Assembly: GCA_950097015.1 (NCBI GenBank)
Contig: CATNEN010000005.1
Location: 6,057,418-6,121,417 of the forward strand
Source: Macrostomum hystrix
Taxonomy: Eukaryota > Animalia > Platyhelminthes
Length of the DNA: 64,000 nucleotides
Direction of reading: 5' to 3'
The notes under the pieces were generated by a model. The model was not told the origin of the DNA. It saw nothing but the letters and a program-made list of their open reading frames with translations, and made no database searches. Positions 51,001-64,000 of the stretch are shown here, piece after piece (position 1 is the first letter of the stretch; every line of letters begins with the position of its first letter). A program made the translations under genes and the position numbers.

Positions 51001-54000
51001 ATCATGGAGAGGAACTGAGAGGCGATTAGGAAGAGGAACAGAGGGGATCATAGAGAGGAACAGAGAGGGGATTAGGAAGAGGAACACAGGGGATTAGGGA
51101 GAGGAACAGAGAGTGGATTAGGAATAGGAACAGAGGGGATCAGGGAGAGGAACAGAGAGGGGATTAGGAGAGGAACAGAGTGGGGATTAGGAGAGGAACT
51201 GAGAGGGATTAGGCGAGGAACATAGAGGGGATTCGGAGGGGAACAGAGAGGGGATTAGGGAGAGGAACTGAGAGGGGATTAGGGAGAGGAACAGAGGGGA
51301 TCAGAGAGAGATACAGAGGGGATTAGGGAGAGGAACTGAGAGGGGATTAGGGTGAGGAACAGAGGGGGAATCGGAGAGCGGAACTGAGATGGAATTGGGG
51401 TCAGGAACTGAGAGGGGATCAGGGAGAGGAACAGAGAGGGGATCAGTGAGAGGAACAGAGTGGGGATCAGGGTCAGGAACTGAGAGGGGATCAGGGAGAG
51501 GAACTGAGAGGTGATCAGGGGGAGGAACTGAGAGGGGATCAGGGAGAGAAACTGAGAGGGGATCAGGGAGAGGAACTGAGAGGGAATTGGGGTCAGGAAC
51601 TGAGAGGGGATCAGGGAGAGGAACTGAGAGGGGATCAGGGAGAGGAACTGAGAGGGGATCAGGGAGAGGAACTGAGAGGGGATCAGGGAGAGGAAACAGA
51701 GAGGGGATCAGGGAGAGGAACAGAGTGGGGAACAGGGTCAGGAACTGAGAGGGGATCATGGAGAGGAACTGAGAGGGGATCAGGGGGAGGAACTGGGAGT
51801 GGATTAGGGAGAGAAACTGAGAGGGGATCAGGCAGAGGAACTAAGAGTGGATCAGGGAGAGGAACTGAGAGGGGATCAGGGAGAGAAACAGAGAGGGGAG
51901 TAGGAGAGGAACAGAGTGGGGATTAGGAGAGGAACAGAGAGGGGATTAGGAGAGGAACATAGAGGGGATTAGGAGGGGAACAGAGAGGGGATTAGGAGAG
52001 GAACAGAGTGGGGATTAGGAGAGGAACAGAGTGGGGTGATTAGAATGAGGAACAGAGAGGGGATTAGGGAGAGGAACTGAGAGGGGATTAGGGAGAGGAA
52101 CAGAGAGGGGATTAGGGTCAGGAACTGAGAGGGGATCAGGGAGAGGAAGTGAGAGGGGATCAGGGGAGGAACTGAGAGGGGATCAGGGAGAGAAACTGAG
52201 AGGGGATCAGGCAGAGGAACTGAGAGGGGATCAGGGAGAGGAACTGAGAGGGGATCAGGGTGAGGAACTGAGAGGGGATCAGGGAGAGGAACTGAGAGGG
52301 ATTAGGAGAGGAACTGAGAGGGAATTAGGGTCAGGAACTGAGAGGGGATCAGGAGAGGAACAGAGAGGGGATCAGGGAGAGGAACAGAGTGGGGATCAGG
52401 GTCAGGAACTGAGAGGGGATCATGGAGAGGAACTGAGAGGGATCAGGGAGAGGAACTGAGAGGGGATCAGGGAGAGGAACTGAGAGGGGATCAGGGAGAG
52501 GAACTGAGAGGGGATCAGGGAGAGGAACTGAGAGGGGATTAGGAGAGGAAACTGAGAGGGAATTGGGGTCAGGAACTGAGAGGGGATCAGGGAGAGGAAC
52601 AGAGAGGGGATCAGGGAGAGGAAACAGAGTGGGGATCAGGGAGAGGAACTGAGAGTGGATCAGGGAGAGGAACTGAGAGGGGATCAGGGAGAGGAACTGA
52701 GAGGGAATCACAGAGAGGAACTGAGAGGGAATTGGGGTCAGTAACTGAGAGGGGATCAGGGAGAGGAACTGAGAGGGGATTAGGGAGAGGAACTGAGAGG
52801 GGATCAGGGAGAGGAACTGAGAGGGGATCAGGGAGAGGAACTGAGAGGGGATCAGGGAGAGGAACTGAGAGTGGATCAGGTAGAGGAACTGAGAGGGGAT
52901 CAGGGAGAGGAACTGAGAGGGGATCAGGGGGAGGAACTATGAGGGGATCAGGGAGAGGAACTGAGAGGGGATCAGGGAGAGGAACTGAGAGTGGATCAGG
53001 GAGAGGAACTGAGAGGGGATCAGGGAGAGGAACTGAGAGGGGATCAGGGAGAGGAACTGAGAGGGGATCAGGGAGAGGAACTGAGAGGGGATTAGGAAGA
53101 GGAACAGAGGGGATTCAGGGAGAGGAACAAAGAGGGGATCAGGGAGAGGAACTGAGAGGGGATCAGGGAGAGGAACTGAGAGGGGATCATGGAGAGGAAC
53201 TGAGAGGGGATCAGGGAGAGGAACTGAGAGGCGATTAGGAAGAGGAACAGAGGGGATCAGAGAGAGGAACAGAGAGGGGATTAGGAAGAGAAACAGAGAG
53301 GGGATTAGGAAGAGGAACACAGGGGATTTGGAGAGGAACAGAGAGTGGATTAGGAATAGGAACAGAGGGGATCAGGGAGAGGAACAGAGAGTGGATTAGG
53401 AGAGGAACAGAGTGGGGATTAGGAGAGGAACAGAGAGGGATTAGGAGAGGAACATAGAGGGGATTAGGAGGGGAACAGAGTGGGGTGATTAGAGTGAGGA
53501 ACAGAGAGGGGATTAGGGAGAGGAACTGAGAGGGGATTAGGGAGAGGAACAGAGGGGATCAGAGAGAGATACAGAGGGGATTAGGGAGAGGAACAGAGGG
53601 GGGATTAGGAAGAGGAACAGAGAGGGGATTAGGGTGAGGAACTGAGGGGATCAGGGAGAGGAACTGAGAGGGGATTAGGGTGAGGAACTGAGAGGGGATT
53701 AGGGTGAGGAACAGAGAGGGAATCGGAGAGAGGGAACTGAAATGGAATTGGGGTCAGGAACTGAGAGGGGATCAGGGAGAGGAACAGAGAGGGGATCAGG
53801 GTCAGGAACTGAGAGGGGATCAGGGAGAGGAACTGAGAGGGGATCAGGGGAAGGAACTGAGAGGGGATCAGGGAGAGAAACTGAGAGGGAATCAGGCAGA
53901 CGAACTGAGAGGGGATCAGGGAGAGGAACTGAGAGGGGATCAGGGGGAGGAACTGAGAGGGGATCAGGGAGAGAAACTGAGAGGGGATCAGGCAGAGGAA

Positions 54001-57000
54001 CTGAGAGGGGATCAGGGAGAGGATCTGAGAGGGGATCAGGAAGAGGAACAAAGAGGCGATTAGGAGAGGAACAGAGTGGGGATTAGGAGAGGAACAGAGA
54101 GGGGATTAGGAAAGGAACATAGAGGGGATTAGGAGGGGAACAGAGAGGGGATTAGGAGAGGAACAGAGTGGGGATTTAGGAGAGGAACAGAGTGGGGATT
54201 AGGGAGAGGAACTGAGTGGGGATTAGGGAGAGGAACAGAGGGGATTAGAGAGAGGAACAGAGGGGATTAGGGAGAGGAACAGAGGGGGGGATTAGGAAGA
54301 GGAACAGAGAGGGGATTAGGGTGAGGAACAGAGGGGATCAGGGAGAGGAACTGAGAGGGGATTAGGGTGAGGAAATAAGAGGGGATTAGGTGAGTAACAG
54401 AGAGGGAATCGGAGAGAGGAACTGAGATGGAATTGGGGTCAGGAACTGAGAGGGGATCAGGGAGAGGAACAGAGAGGGGATCAGGAAGAGGAACAGATTG
54501 GGGAGCAGGGTCAGGAACTGAGAGGGGATCAGGGAGAGGAACTGAGAGGGGATCAGGGGGAGGAACTGAGAGGGGATCAGGGAGAGAAACTGAGAGGGGA
54601 TCAGGCAGAGGAACTTCGAGGGGATCAGGGAGAGGAACTGAGAGGCGATTAGGAAGAGGAACAGAGGGGATCAGAGAGAGGAACAGAGAGGGGATTAGGA
54701 AGAGAAACAGAGAGGGGATTAGGAAGAGGAACACAGGGGATTTGGAGAGGAACAGAGAGTGGATTAGGAATAGGAACAGAGGGGATCAGGGAGAGGAAAC
54801 AGAGAGGGGATTAGGAGAGGAACAGAGTGGGGATTAGGAGAGGAACAGAGAGGGATTAGGAGAGGAACATAGAGGGGATTAGGAGGGGAACAGAGTGGGG
54901 TGATTAGAGTGAGGAACAGAGGAGGGGATTAGGGAGAGGAACTGAGAGGGGATTAGGGAGAGGAACAGAGGGGATCAGAGAGAAATACAGAGGGGATTAG
55001 GGAGAGGAACAGAGGGGGGATTAGGAAGAGGAACAGAGAGGGGATTAGGGTGAGGAACTGAGGGGATCAGGGAGAGGAACTGAGAGGGGATTAGGGTGAG
55101 GAAACTGAGAGGGGATTAGGGTGAGGAACAGAGAGGGAATCGGAGAGAGGAACTGAAATGGAATTGGGGTCAGGAACTGAGAGGGGATCAGGGAGAGGAA
55201 CAGAGAGGGGATCAGGGTCAGGAACTGAGAGGGGATCAGGGAGAGGAACTGAGAGGGGATCAGGGGAAGGAACTGAGAGGGGATCAGGGAGAGAAACTGA
55301 GAGGGAATCAGGCAGACGAACTGAGAGGGGATCAGGGAGAGGAACTGAGAGGGGATCAGGGGGAGGAACTGAGAGGGGATCAGGGAGAGAAACTGAGAGG
55401 GAATCAGGCAGAGGAACTGAGAGGGGATCAGGGAGAGGATCTGAGAGGGGATCAGGAAGAGGAACAAAGAGGCGATTAGGAGAGGAACAGAGTGGGGATT
55501 AGGAGAGGAACAGAGAGGGGATTAGGAAGGAACATAGAGGGGATTAGGAGGGGAACAGAGACGGGATTAGGAGAGGAACAGAGTGGGGATTAGGAGAGGA
55601 ACAGAGTGGGGATTAGGGAGAGGAACTGAGTGGGGATTAGGGAGAGGAACAGAGGGGGATTAGAGAGAGGAACAGAGGGGATTAGGGAGAGGAACAGAGG
55701 GGGGATTAGGAAGAGGAACAGAGAGGGATTAGGGTGAGGAACAGAGGGGATCAGGGAGAGGAACCTGAGAGGGGATTAGGGTGAGGAAATGAGAGGGGAT
55801 TAGGGTGAGTAACAGAGAGGGAATCGGAGAGAGGAACTGAGATGGAATTGGGGTCAGGAACTGAGAGGGGATCAGGGAGAGGAACAGAGAGGGGATCAGG
55901 AAGAGGAACAGATTGGGGAGCAGGGTCAGGAACTGAGAGGGGATCAGGGAGAGGAACTGAGAGGGGATCAGGGGGAGGAACTGAGAGGGGATCAGGGAGA
56001 GAAACTGAGAGGGGATCAGGCAGAGGAACTTCGAGGGGATCAGGGAGAGGAACTGAGAGGGGATCAGGGTGAGGAACTGAGAGGGGATTAGGAGAGGAAC
56101 TGAGAGGGAATTAGGGTCAGGAACTGAGAGGGGATCAGGGTAGAGGAACAGAGAGGGGATCAGGGAGAGGAACAGAGTGGGGATCAGGGTCAGGAACTGA
56201 GAGGGGATTCATGGAGAGGAACTGAGAGGGAATCAGAGAGAGGAACTGAGAGGGAATTGGGGTCAGTAACTGAGAGGGGGATCAGGGAGAGGAACTGAGA
56301 GGTGGATTAGGGAGAGGAACTGAGAGGGGATCAGGGAGAGGAACTGAGAAGGGGATCAGGGAGAGGAACTGAGAGGGGATCAGGGGAGAGGAACTGAGAG
56401 TGGATCAGGGAGAGGAACTGAGAGGGGATCAGGGAGAGGAACTGAGAGGGGATCAGGGGGAGGAACTATGAGGGGATCAGGGAGAGGGAACTGAGAGGGG
56501 ATCAGGGAGAGGAACTGAGAGTGGATCAGGGAGAGGAACTGAGAGGGGATCAGGGAGAGGAACTGAGAGGGGATCAGGGAGAGGAACTGAGAGGGAATTA
56601 GGAAGAGGAACAGAGGGGATCAGGGAGAGGAACAAAGAGGGGATCAGGTAGAGGAACTGAGAGGGAATTAGGAAGAGGAACAGATGGGATCAGGGAGAGG
56701 AACAAAGAGGGGATCAGGGAGAGGAACTGAGAGGGGATCAGGGAGAGGAACTGAGAGGTGATCATGGAGAGGAACTGAGAGGGCGATTAGGAAGAGGAAC
56801 AGAGGGGATCAGAGAGAGGAACAGAGAGGGGATTAGGAAGAGAAACAGAGAGGGGATTAGGAAGAGGAACACAGGGGATGAGGGAGAGGAACAGAGAGTG
56901 GATTAGGAATAGGAACAGAGGGGATCAGGGAGAGGAACAGAGAGGGGATTAGGAGAGAAACAGAGTGGGGGATTAGGAGAGGAACAGAGAGGGATTAGGA

Positions 57001-60000
57001 GAGGAACATAGAGGGGATTAGGAGGGGAACAGAGTGGGTGATTAGAATGAGGAACAGAGAGGGGATTAGGGAGAGGAACTGAGAGGGGATCAGGAGAGGA
57101 ACAGAGAGGGGGATCAGGGAGAGGAACAGAGTGGGGATCAGGGTCAGGAACTGAGAGGGGATCAGGGAGAGGAACTGAGAGGGGGATCAGGGGGAGGAAC
57201 TGAGAGGGGGATCAGGCAGAGGAACTGAGAGGGGATCAGGGAGTGGAACTGAGAGGGGATCAGGGTGAGGAACTGAGAGGGGATCAGGGAGAGGACTGAG
57301 AGGGGATTAGGAGAGGAACTGAGAGGGAATTGGGGTCAGGAACTGAGAGGGATCAGGGAGAGGAACAGAGAGGGGATCAGGGAGAGGAACTAAGAGGGGA
57401 TCAGCGAGAGGAATTGAGAGGGGATCAGGGAGAGAAACAGAGAGGGGATTAGGAGAGGAACAGAGTGGGGGATTAGGAGAGGAACATAGAGGGGATTAGG
57501 AGGGCAACAGAGAGGGGATTTGGAGAGGAACAGAGTGGGGATTAGGAGAGGAACAGAGTGGGGGTGATTAGAATGAGGAACAGAGAGGGGATCATGGAGA
57601 GGAACTGAGAGGGGATCAGGGAGAGGAACTGAGAGGCGATAAGGAAGAGGAACAGAGGGGATCAGAGAGTGGAACAGAGAGGGGATTAGGAAGAGAAACG
57701 GAGAGGGGATTAGGAAGAGGAACACAGGGGGATTAGGGAGAGGAACAGAGAGTGGATTAGGAGAGGAACAGAGTGGGGATTAGGAGAGGAACAGAGAGGG
57801 ATTAGGAGAGGAACATAGAGGGGATTAGGAGGGGAACAGAGTGGGGTGATTAGAATGAGGAACAGAGAGGGGTATTAGGGAGAGGAACTGAGAGGGGATA
57901 AGGGAGAGGAACAGAGGGGATCAGAGAGAGGATACAGAGGGGATTAGGGAGAGGAACAGAGGGGGGATTAGGAAGAGGAACAGAGAGGGGATTAGGGTGA
58001 GGAACTGAGGGGATCAGGGAGAGGAACTGAGAGGGGGATTAGGGTGAGGAACTGAGAGCGGATTAGGTTGTAGGAACAGAGAGGGAAATCGGAGAGAGGA
58101 ACTGAAATGGAATTTGGGGTCAGGAACTGAGAGGGGGATCAGGGTGAGGGAACAGAGAGGGGATCAGGGTCAGGAACTGAGAGGGGATCAGGGAGAGGAA
58201 CTGAGAGGGGATCAGGGAGAGGAACTGAGAGTGGATCAGGGAGAGGAACTGAGAGGGGATCAGGGAGAGGAACTGAGAGGGGATCAGGGAGAGGAACTGA
58301 GAGGGGATCAGGGAGAGGAACTGGAGAGGGAATTAGGAAGAGGAACAGAGGGGATCAGGGAGAGGAACAAAGAGGGGATCAGGGAGAGGAACTGCGAGGG
58401 GATCAGGTGAGAGGAACTGAGAGGTGATCATGGAGAGGAAACTGAGAGGCGATTAGGAAGAGGAACAGAGGGGATCAGAGAGAGGAACAGAGAGGGGATT
58501 AGGAAGAGAAACCAGAGAGGGGATTAGGAAGAGGAACACAGGGATGAGGGAGAGGAACAGAGAGGTGGATTAGGAATAGGAACAGAGGGGATCAGGGAGA
58601 GGAACAGAGAGGGGATTAGGAGAGGAACAGAGTGGGGATTAGGAGAGGAACAGAGAGGGATTAGGAGAGGAACATAGAGGGGGATTTGGAGGGGAACAGA
58701 GTGTGGGTGATTAGAATGAGGAACAGAGAGGCGATTAGGGAGAGGAACTGAGAGGGGATTAGGGAGAGGGAACAGAGGAGCGATTCAGAGAGAGATACAG
58801 AAAGGATTAGGGGAGAGGAAATGAGAGGGGATTAGGGGTGAGAACAGAGAGGGAATCGGAGAGAGGGAACTGAGATGGAATTGGGGTCAGAACTGAGAGG
58901 GGATCAGGGAGAGGAACAGAGAGGGATCAGTGAGAGGAACAGAGTGGGGATCAGGGTCAGGAACTGAGAGGTGGATCAGGAGAGGAACTGAGAGGGGATC
59001 AGGGGGAGGACCTGAGAGGGGGATTAGGGTGAGGAACAGAGAGGGAATCGGAGAGAGGAACTAAGATGGAATTGGGGGTCAGGAACTGAGAGGGGATCAG
59101 GGAGAGGAACAGAGAGGGGATCAGTGAGAGGAACAAGAGTGGGGATCAGGGTCAGGAACTGAGAGGGGATCAGGGAGAGGAACTGAGAGGGGATCAGGGG
59201 GAGGAACTGAGAGGGGATCAGGGGAGAGAAACTGAGAGGGGATCAGGGAGAGGAACTGAGAGGGAATTGGGGTCAGGAACTGAGGAGGGATCAGGGAGAG
59301 GAACAGAGAGGGGATCAGGGAGAGGAACAGAGTGGGGATCAGGGTCAGGAACTTACAGGGGATCATGGAGAGGAACTGAGAGGGGATCAGGGGGAGGAAC
59401 TGGGAGTGGATCAGGGAGAGAAACTGAGAGGGGATCAGGCAGAGGAACTGAGAGTGGGATCAGGGAGAGGAACTGAGAGGGGATCAGGGAGAGAAACAGA
59501 GAGGGGAGTAGGAGAGGAACAGAGTGGGGATTAGGAGAGGAACAGAGAGGGGATTAGGAGAGGAACATAGAGGGGATTAGGAGGGGCACAGAGAGGGGAT
59601 TAGGAGAGGAACAGAGTGGGGATTAGGAGAAGAACAGAGTGGGGTGATTTGAATGAGGAACAGAGAGGGGATTAGGGAGGAGGAACTGAGAGGGGATTAG
59701 GGAAGAGGAACAGAGAGGGGATTAGGGTCAGGAACTGAGAGGGGATCAGGGAGAGGAACTGAGAGGGGATCAGGGGGAGGAACTGAGAGGGGATCAGGGA
59801 GAGAAACCTGAGAGGGGATCAGGCAGAGGAACTGAGAGGGGATCAGGGAGAGGAACTGAGAGGGGATCAGGGTGAGGAACTGAGAGGGGATCAGGGAGAG
59901 GAACTGAGAGGGGATTAGGAAGAGGAACTGAGAGGGAATTAGGTTAAGGAACTGAGAGGGGATCAAGGGAGAGGAACAGTGAGGGGATCAGGGAGAGGAA

Positions 60001-63000
60001 CAGAGTGGGGATCAGGGTCAGGAAACTGAGAGGGGATCATGGAGAGGAACTGAGAGGGGGATCATGGAGAGGAACTGAGAGGGGATCAGGGAGAGGAACT
60101 GAGAGGGGATCAGGGAGAGGAACTTAGAGGGGATCCAGGGAGAGGAACTGAGAGGGAATTGGGGTCAGGAACTGAGAGGGGACCAGGGAGAGGAACAGAG
60201 AGGGGATCAGGGAGAGGAACAGAGTGGGGATCAGGGTCAGGAACTGAGAGGGAATCATGAAGAGAACTGAGAGGGGATCAGGGAGAGGTACTGAGAGTGG
60301 ATCAGGGAGAGGAACTGAGAGGGGATCAGGGAGAGGAACTGAGAGGGAATCAGAGAGAGGAACTGAGAGGGAATTGGGGTCAGTAACTGAGAGGGGATCA
60401 GGGAGAGGAACTGAGAGGGGATTAGGGACAGGAACTGAGAGGGGATTCAGGGAGAGGAACTGAGAGGGGATCAGGGAAGAGGAACTGAGAGGGGATCAGG
60501 GAGAGGAACTGAGAGTGGATCAGGTAGAGGAACTGAGAGGGGATCAGGGAGAGGAACTGAGAGGTGAATAAGGGGGAGAACTATGAGGGGGATCAGGGAG
60601 AGGAACTGAGAGGGGATCAGGGAGAGGAAACTGAGAGTGGATCAGGGAGAGGACCTGAGAGGGGATCAGGGAGAGGAACTGAGAGGGGATTAGGAAGAGG
60701 AACAGAGGGGATCAGGAGAGGAACAAAGAGGGGATCAGGGAGAGGAACTGAGAGGGGATCAGGGAGAGGAACTGAGAGGGGATCATGGAGAGGAACTGAG
60801 AGGGGATCAGGGAGAGGAACTGAGAGGGATTAGGAAGAGGAACAGAGGGGATCAGGGAGAGGAACAGAGAGGGGATTAGGAGAGAACAGAGAGGGGATTC
60901 TAAGAGGAACAGAGAGGGATTAGGAGAGGAACAGAGAGGGGATTAGGAATAGGAACAGAGGGGATCAGAGAGAGGAACAGAGGGGATTAGGGAGAGGAAC
61001 TGAGGGGGATTAGGGAGAGGAACAGAGAGGGGTTAGGGAGAGGAACTGAGGGGATCAGGAGAGGAACTGAGAGGGGATTAGGGTGAGGAACTGAGAGGGG
61101 ATCAGGTGAGGAAAAGAGAGGGGGGGAGAGGGGAACAGAGAGGGAATCGGAGAGAGGAACTGAAATGGAATTGGGGTCAGGAACTGAGAGGGGGATCAGG
61201 GTGAGGAACAGAGAGGGGATCAGGGTCAGGAACTGAGAGGGGATCAGGGAGAGGAACTGAGAGGGGATCAGGAGAGGAACTGAGAGTGGATCAGGAGAGG
61301 AACTGAGAGGGGATCAGGGAGAGGAACTGAGAGGGGATCAGGGAGAGAACTGAGAGGGGATCAGGGAGAGGAACTGAGAGGGAATTAGGAAGAGGAACAG
61401 AGGGGAATCAGGAGAGGAACAAAGAGGGGATCAGGGAGAGGAACTGAGAGGGATCAGGGAGAGGAACTGAGAGGTGATCATGGAGAGGAACTGAGAGGCG
61501 ATTAGGAGAGGAACAGAGGGGATCAGAGAGAGGAACAGAGAAGGGATTAGGAAGAGAAACAGAGAGGGGATTAGGAAGAGGAACACAGGGGATGAGGGAG
61601 AGGAACAGAGGGGATTAGGAAGAGGAACAGAGGGGATCAGGGAGAGGAACAGAGAGGGGATTAGGAGAGGAACAGAGTGGGGATTAGGAGAGGAACAGAG
61701 AGGGATTAGGAGAGGAACATAGAGGGGATTTGGAGGGAACAGAGTGGGGTGATTAGAATGAGGAACAGAGAGGCGATTAGGAGAGGAACTGAGGGGGATT
61801 AGGGAGAGGAACAGAGGGGACAGAGGAGATACAGAAGGATTAGGGAGAGGAACTGAGAGGGGATTAGGTGAGGAACAGAGAGGGAATCGGAGAGAGGAAC
61901 TGAGATGGATTGGGGTCCAGGAACTGAGAGGGGATCAGGGAGAGGAACTGAGAGGGATCAGGGAGAGGAACTGAGTGGGGATCAGGGTCAGGAACTGAGA
62001 GGGGATCAGGGAGAGGAACTGAGAGGGGATCAGGGAGGAACTGAGAGGGGATTAGGGTGAGGAACAGAGAGGGAATCGGAGAGAGGAACTAGATGGAATT
62101 GGGTCAGGAACTGAGAGGGGATCAGGGAGAGGAACTGAGAGGGGATCAGTGAGAGGAACAGAGGTGGGATCAGGGTCAGGAACTGAGAGGGGATCAGGGA
62201 GAGGAACTGAGAGGGGATCAGGGGAGGAACTGAGAGGGGATCAGGGAGAGAAACTGAGAGGGGATCAGGAGAGGAACTGAGAGGGATTGGGGTCAGGAAC
62301 TGAGAGGGGATCAGGGAGAGGAACAGAGAGGGGATCAGGGAGAGGAACAGAGTGGGGATCAGGGTCAGGAACTTACAGGGATCATGGAGAGGAACTGAGA
62401 GGGATCAGGGGGAGGAACTGAGAGTGGATCAGGGAGAGAAACTGAGAGGGGATCAGGCAGAGGAACTGAGAGTGGATCAGGGAGAGGAACTGAGAGGGGA
62501 TCAGGGAGAGAAACAGAGAGGGGAGTAGGAGAGAGAACAGAGTGGGGATTAGGAGAGGAACAGAGAGGGGATTAGGAGAGGAACATAGAGGGGATTAGGA
62601 GGGGAACAGAGAGGGGATTAGGAGAGGAACAGAGTGGGGGATTAGGAGAAGAACAGAGTGGGGTGATTTGAATGAGGAACAGAGAGGGGATTAGGGAGAG
62701 GAACTGAGAGGGGATTAGGGAGAGGAACAGAGGGGATTAGGGTCAGGAACTGAGAGGGGATCAGGGAGAGGAACTGAGAGGGGATCAGAGGGAGGAACTG
62801 AGAGGGATCAGGGAAGAAACTGAGAGGGGATCAGGCAGAGGAACTGAGAGGGGATCAGGGAGAGGAACTGAGAGGGGATCAGGGTGAGGAACTGAGAGGG
62901 GATCAGGGGAGGAACTGAGAGGGGATTAGGAGAGGAACTGAGAGGGAATCGGTTAAGGAACTGAGAGGGGATCAGGGAGAGGAACAGTGAGGGGATCAGG

Positions 63001-64000
63001 GAGAGGAACAGAGTGGGGATCAGGGTCAGGAACTGAGAGGGGATCATGGAGAGGAAACTGAGAGGGGATCATGGAGAGGAACTGAGAGGGGATCAGGGAG
63101 AGGAACTGAGAGGGGATCAGGGAGAGGAACTTAGAGGGGATCAGGGAGAGGAACTGAGAGGGAATTGGGGTCAGGAACTGAGAGGGGACCAGGGAGAGGA
63201 ACAGAGAGGGGATCAGGGAGAGGAACAGAGTGGGGATCAGGGTCAGGAACTGAGAGGGAATCATGGAGAGGAACTGAGAGGGGATCAGGGAGGGTACTGG
63301 AGTGGATCAGGGAGAGGAACTGAGAGGGGATCAGGGAGAGGAACTGAGAGGGAATCAGAGAGAGGAACTGAGAGGGATTGGGGTCAGTAACTGAGAGGGG
63401 ATCAGGGAGAGGAACTGAGAGGGGATTAGGGACAGGAACTGAGAGGGGATCAGGAGAGGAACTGAGAGGGGATCAGGAGAGGAACTGAGAGGGGATCAGG
63501 GAGAGGAACTGAGAGTGGATCAGGTAGGGAACTGAGAGGGGATCAGGAGAGGAACTGAGAGGGGATCAGGGGAGGAACTATGAGGGGATCAGGGAGAGGA
63601 ACTGAGAGGGGATCAGGAGAGGAACTGAGAGTGGATCAGGGAGAGGACCTGAGAGGGGATCAGGGAGAGGAACTGAGAGGGGATTAGGAAGAGGAACAGA
63701 GGGGATCAGGGAGAGGAACAAAGAGGGGATCAGGGAGAGGAACTGAGAGGGGATCAGGGAGAGGAACTGAGAGGGGATCATGGAGAGGAACTGAGAGGGG
63801 ATCAGGAGAGGAACTGAGAGGCGATTAGGAAGAGGAACAGAGGGGATCAGAGAGAGGAACAGAGAGGGGATTAGGAAGAGAAACAGAGAGGGGATTAGTA
63901 AGAGGAACACAGGGGATCAGGGAGAGGAACAGAGAGGGATTAGGAAATAGGAACAGAGGGGATCAGGGAGAGGAACAGAGAGGGGATTAGGAGAGGAACA
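24015..64000. repeat. About 40-kb purine-rich satellite of 22-24-bp units (GAACTGAGAGGGGATCAGGGAGAG, GAACAGAGAGGGGATTAGGAGAG and variants) with nested higher-order repeats; continues past the window end
   Basis: Uninterrupted periodicity. Rare marker variants recur at about 686, 3429, 500, 1.5-2.0 kb, 1943, 1416 and about 3010 bp spacings. Confidence 0.99.

Noticed and set aside
24333-63910. About 90 ORFs ([32 protein letters not shown] repeats; up to 550 aa)
   Set aside because: The 24-bp unit is a multiple of 3 and stop-free in several frames. ORFs break wherever 22/23-bp variants or TAG-containing units occur, and there is no splice or codon evidence of coding.

Overview
Eukaryotic (metazoan-like) genomic DNA. 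A tandem-repeat-rich invertebrate such as the flatworm Macrostomum would fit, but the organism is an inference. Roughly three quarters of the window is tandem repeat. There is one convincing gene, on the + strand: a two-exon CDS (2136-8450 joined to 8856-9140, predicted 2199 aa). It encodes a TRP cation channel whose S1-S6/TRP-box/coiled-coil core looks TRPM-like but whose N-terminus is a long ankyrin-repeat array. That array contains 13 near-identical 219-bp (73-aa, two-ankyrin) units. Their differences concentrate at the ankyrin positions that form the binding surface, as in DARPin randomised sites or fungal HET-E/NLR hypervariable repeats, and the units show recent shuffling (657-bp duplication). 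This is the best candidate for an undescribed system: a variable-repeat recognition receptor fused to an ion channel. Downstream lie several unrelated minisatellites (24, 32, 56, 23, 22, 28 and 20 bp units). Among them are three diverged copies of a non-coding module carrying RFX X-boxes (two with an adjacent forkhead site) and ending in a splice donor. From about 24.0 kb to the end is a 40-kb purine-rich 22-24-bp satellite with nested higher-order repeats, related to the array at 1-1451. All other ORFs in the track are artefacts of repeats or short chance ORFs. No rRNA, tRNA, CRISPR array or autonomous transposon is supported.
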